Below, piece by piece: positions 61,020-64,000 of a stretch of DNA of 64,000 nucleotides; positions within the stretch are counted from its first letter, which is position 1, and each line of letters opens with the position of its first letter. The notes below the pieces were generated by a model. The model was not told where the DNA came from. It saw only the letters and a list, made by a program, of their open reading frames with translations, and ran no database searches. A program made the translations under genes and the position numbers. This DNA comes from Octopus sinensis (Eukaryota): positions 25,866,464 through 25,930,463 of the forward strand of contig NC_043011.1 in NCBI RefSeq assembly GCF_006345805.1, read 5' to 3'.

Positions 61020-61310
61020 GGACACCAAAGTTTGAAAGGATAGAATGTGAGGATAGTAGAGTCACCATGGCTGGCATTTCTTAACGACGGACAGTAACAT
61101 AGTGGCCATTTAACAGCTGGCGTAAAATTTTGAACTTGATGTAAAAGAAAATTCCTAAACACCAAGCTTTGAAGTGATTCTTTCTCACGACAGTAGACTC
61201 ACCATGGCAAGCATTCAAAACTTCTTCATCATGGACGGCAACACATTGACGATTTAAATGCTGGCGCAAATTTTTTAGCTTCATGTAACAGAGAATTCCT
61301 AAACACCCGC
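61020..61310. repeat. Diverged ~140-bp tandem dimer
   Basis: agtaga(g/c)tcaccatggc..gctggcg(t/c)aaa..aattcctaaacacc occurs twice. Confidence 0.75.
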
Positions 61311-62194
61311 TCCTTTAAATTTTAATCCCCTTCAAGCCCCATTTAGACCTCTTTTCACATTTTGGTTAATATAACCCGATTTCATTCGAGCCTACTCGGG
61401 TCACATTTTATAAGATGAGGAATTTTGTCCTAGAGGTCACGCCTTTCATGTGAGGAAAAAAATAGTTGCCATGCAAACTCGCCAGCACTTTTAACATAGG
61501 TGTGCATATTTTCAGCACAACTGACCACATAATGCACACATTATATATATATATATACATATGTATATATACATATATACGCATTATATATATATATGTG
61601 TGTGTACACATTATATATACAAATGTATACAAATTATATATATATATGTATAAATTAAATTAGAGATAAAACCACAATTAGGCAAATCAAACAGTGAAAA
61701 ACATAAACGAAAACATAAAAATAAAAATATAATATACAAAATATATAAAATATAAAATTTAAAAATTTAAATTATTTAAATTTAAAATTAAAATTATTAA
61801 TTTATATCTATAATTTTAAAAAAAATATATATATAACTATCAAAAAGTGTTAAAAAGTTTAATATACACATTTATATATAGAATTCACACACACACACAC
61901 ACACACACATATATAAATTAACCAAATAATATTTGTTCTGATGATTGTGTGGTGGTAGTGGCGATGATAATTCTGTCTATGAATGCAGACAGACGTAGAG
62001 AGAGAGAGAGAGAGAGAGAGAGTGAAAGCGCTGTTGAAGGCGGAGAGGGGTAGATACAGAACGCCGTTTGAGGACGTTATAAAGAGAAAGTGAAGGGGAG
62101 TTAGACGCTGTTAGACGACGTTACATATAGAAAGTGATGGGAAGGAGGAAAGAGAGTGAGTGACGGAGGAAGACAGATACATAAAAGAATGAGA

Positions 62195-62420
62195 GTCGAC
62201 TTGTCAAAGTGCGTTTTTGGCCCTAGCAACGACACCTTTTAAGATGGGGGTTTCTAACCTAGCCCACTCGCATCCTCACCTCATTTTACATGTCCCTGTA
62301 AATTTTGGAGCTAATCCAACGGGATCTAGTGGCCTTTAACCCATTCTCAATGCCAAAACCAGACAGACAAACAAACAAACAAACAAACTTTTCGCATTTC
62401 AGATTTATAATATATATATA
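62195..62420 (-). mobile_element. Helitron-like 5' segment
   Basis: Minus strand tatattataaatctgaaatgcgaaaag(tttg)n tctgtctg. Confidence 0.45.
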
Positions 62421-62429
62421 TTATATTAT

Positions 62430-62491
<62 letters not shown>

Positions 62492-63023
62492 GTATGTATG
62501 TATGTATAATGTATGATACTTACTGTGCCAATTCTTTATAATCATCGGTGCCAAAACATGGTAACGTTATTTCATCATAATCAGGTTTTGGTCGAAGATA
62601 ACCAGAATCTTTATGCTGTCAACAGAAAGAACAAACAGGTCTATGAAATAATTTCTTTAGGTTGAAGCAGAGGCAAAACACATTATCATATATATATGTC
62701 TTGTAAGCATAAGACACATAAGTTTTATAAGTCACCAAACTATAGAACAGGGTGATATTTTTACAGAGACTGTCTAATTGGAGCAAATACTTGAAATAAA
62801 GAATCGAACCTTAGCTCAGTAGAAGTTTGCAGGCCATGGCCATCCAACTATTGGTTTCTACCCAACCGAAAATAATAAGTCTTTCTTTCTATAATAGGCA
62901 AAAGGCCTTCCTATCAAGAAGTGTGGCAGAGAAGACAGCAAAGCTAACCTTCTAGAGGTTCTTGAGATATCTTGTGCACAGACAAACAAACAAACATGAG
63001 TGAAAACAACACCACTGCCTTAG

Positions 63024-63263
63024 TATAGTAGGTGCATTAGGTATGATAAAAAAACATTCAGCCAAATACATAACTAAAGCACCAGGACTTACAAATATAT
63101 ATAACATAGAGAAAATAGTACTACTAGGCACCACACACATCCTATGTAAACCACTTTCAATACAGTGGAAATAAGAACACCACAACAAACCACAGCACAA
63201 ACCCAAGGCACACAGAGCTGTGCTCAGTAGTGCAGTGAAAGCCCGTGATAAAATAAGACTACT
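63024..63263 (+). mobile_element. R4/Dong subfamily 2 extreme 3' fragment
   Basis: Matches 36800-37041 (atagtaggtgcattagg..cccaaggcacacagagctg..actact), followed by (AAT)n. Confidence 0.88.
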
Positions 63264-63264
63264 A

Positions 63265-63300
<36 letters not shown>

Positions 63301-63317
63301 TATTATTATTATTATTA

Positions 63318-63348
<31 letters not shown>

Positions 63349-63350
63349 AT

Positions 63351-63820
63351 GCGCTGATGCAGTACCAGGCAGTGGCTTTCATAGTTTCTTATCTTAACTG
63401 ATTGGAAGTGTTATCATGTACTTTGTTTTGTCTTGGTATAAAAGATGGGCTACAGCAAATATTCTGCTCAATACCACAGACAGTGGGGGAGCATCATAGC
63501 CATGTGTTGAGAGGAATTCTTTGGGGTTTGGATAATTCACCTCTGGAGACATGGGTGTTTTGTTCAACATCATCAAACAACCCTTATTCAGGGACCTTTT
63601 GAGCAGGATGGGCTACTTGACCTGAAGAAACTTCTAACTGGGCCGCCACCTGCAAGGTCATGCACTGTTTATCATGATATGAGATCATTGTGTCATGCAC
63701 ATATGGTTGTAATGCATGTGCCTGATGTACTGTTATCAGATGGGTAGTCATGATAGGTATACTGAGCTTCATATATTTTATCCCAGTGTCACTTTAATGG
63801 CATGCTCTGCTCTCTCACTC
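63351..63820 (+). mobile_element. ~560-bp non-coding element, copy 3 (internal deletion)
   Basis: Same ends as copies 1 and 2; the segment between ccacaga and cagtggggga is missing. Confidence 0.85.
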
Positions 63821-63834
63821 AATAATAATAATAT

Positions 63835-63864
<30 letters not shown>

Positions 63865-63865
<1 letters not shown>

Positions 63866-64000
63866 TTCAAAATTTAGCAAAATGCCAGCAATTTCAGAGG
63901 AGTGGGCAAGTTGATTATATCAACACCAGTGCTCAACAGGTACTTATTTTATCGAGCCCCAAAAGGATGAAAGGCAAAGTCAACCTTGGTGGAGTTTAAA
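63865..64000 (-). mobile_element. SINE family B, runs off the window
   Basis: ggtttcaaaatttagc..aggatgaaaggcaaagtcaacctt. Confidence 0.75.

Overview
This is AT-rich, microsatellite-saturated eukaryotic DNA with one 100-N scaffold gap (10874-10973). The tRNA-derived SINE families and repeat landscape suggest an octopus/coleoid cephalopod genome (inference). No complete host protein-coding gene is recognisable, and most ORFs in the track are simple-repeat artefacts. All recognisable coding sequence is transposon-derived: mariner, rosa/DD41D-type and maT/DD37D-type transposase relics; RTE, L1/Tx1, CR1-group and R4/Dong LINEs; and Penelope-like (PLE) fragments. There are also non-autonomous Helitron-like elements and dozens of SINEs from at least four families (my working labels A-D). 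The main results are: (1) several hammerhead ribozyme (HHR) motifs, including two complete type-I HHRs back-to-back in a 153-bp palindrome, a minimal HHR behind a tRNA-like head, and an HHR inside a Helitron-like element; (2) a SINE subfamily that repeatedly nests at the same nucleotide of its own family; (3) a ~560-bp non-coding element stacked with R4/Dong LINEs in (AAT)n tracts; (4) a shared LINE/SINE 3' tail; (5) a ~70-bp target-site duplication. A candidate first coding exon of a minus-strand host gene lies at 500-553. Repeat boundaries were read by eye and are approximate.
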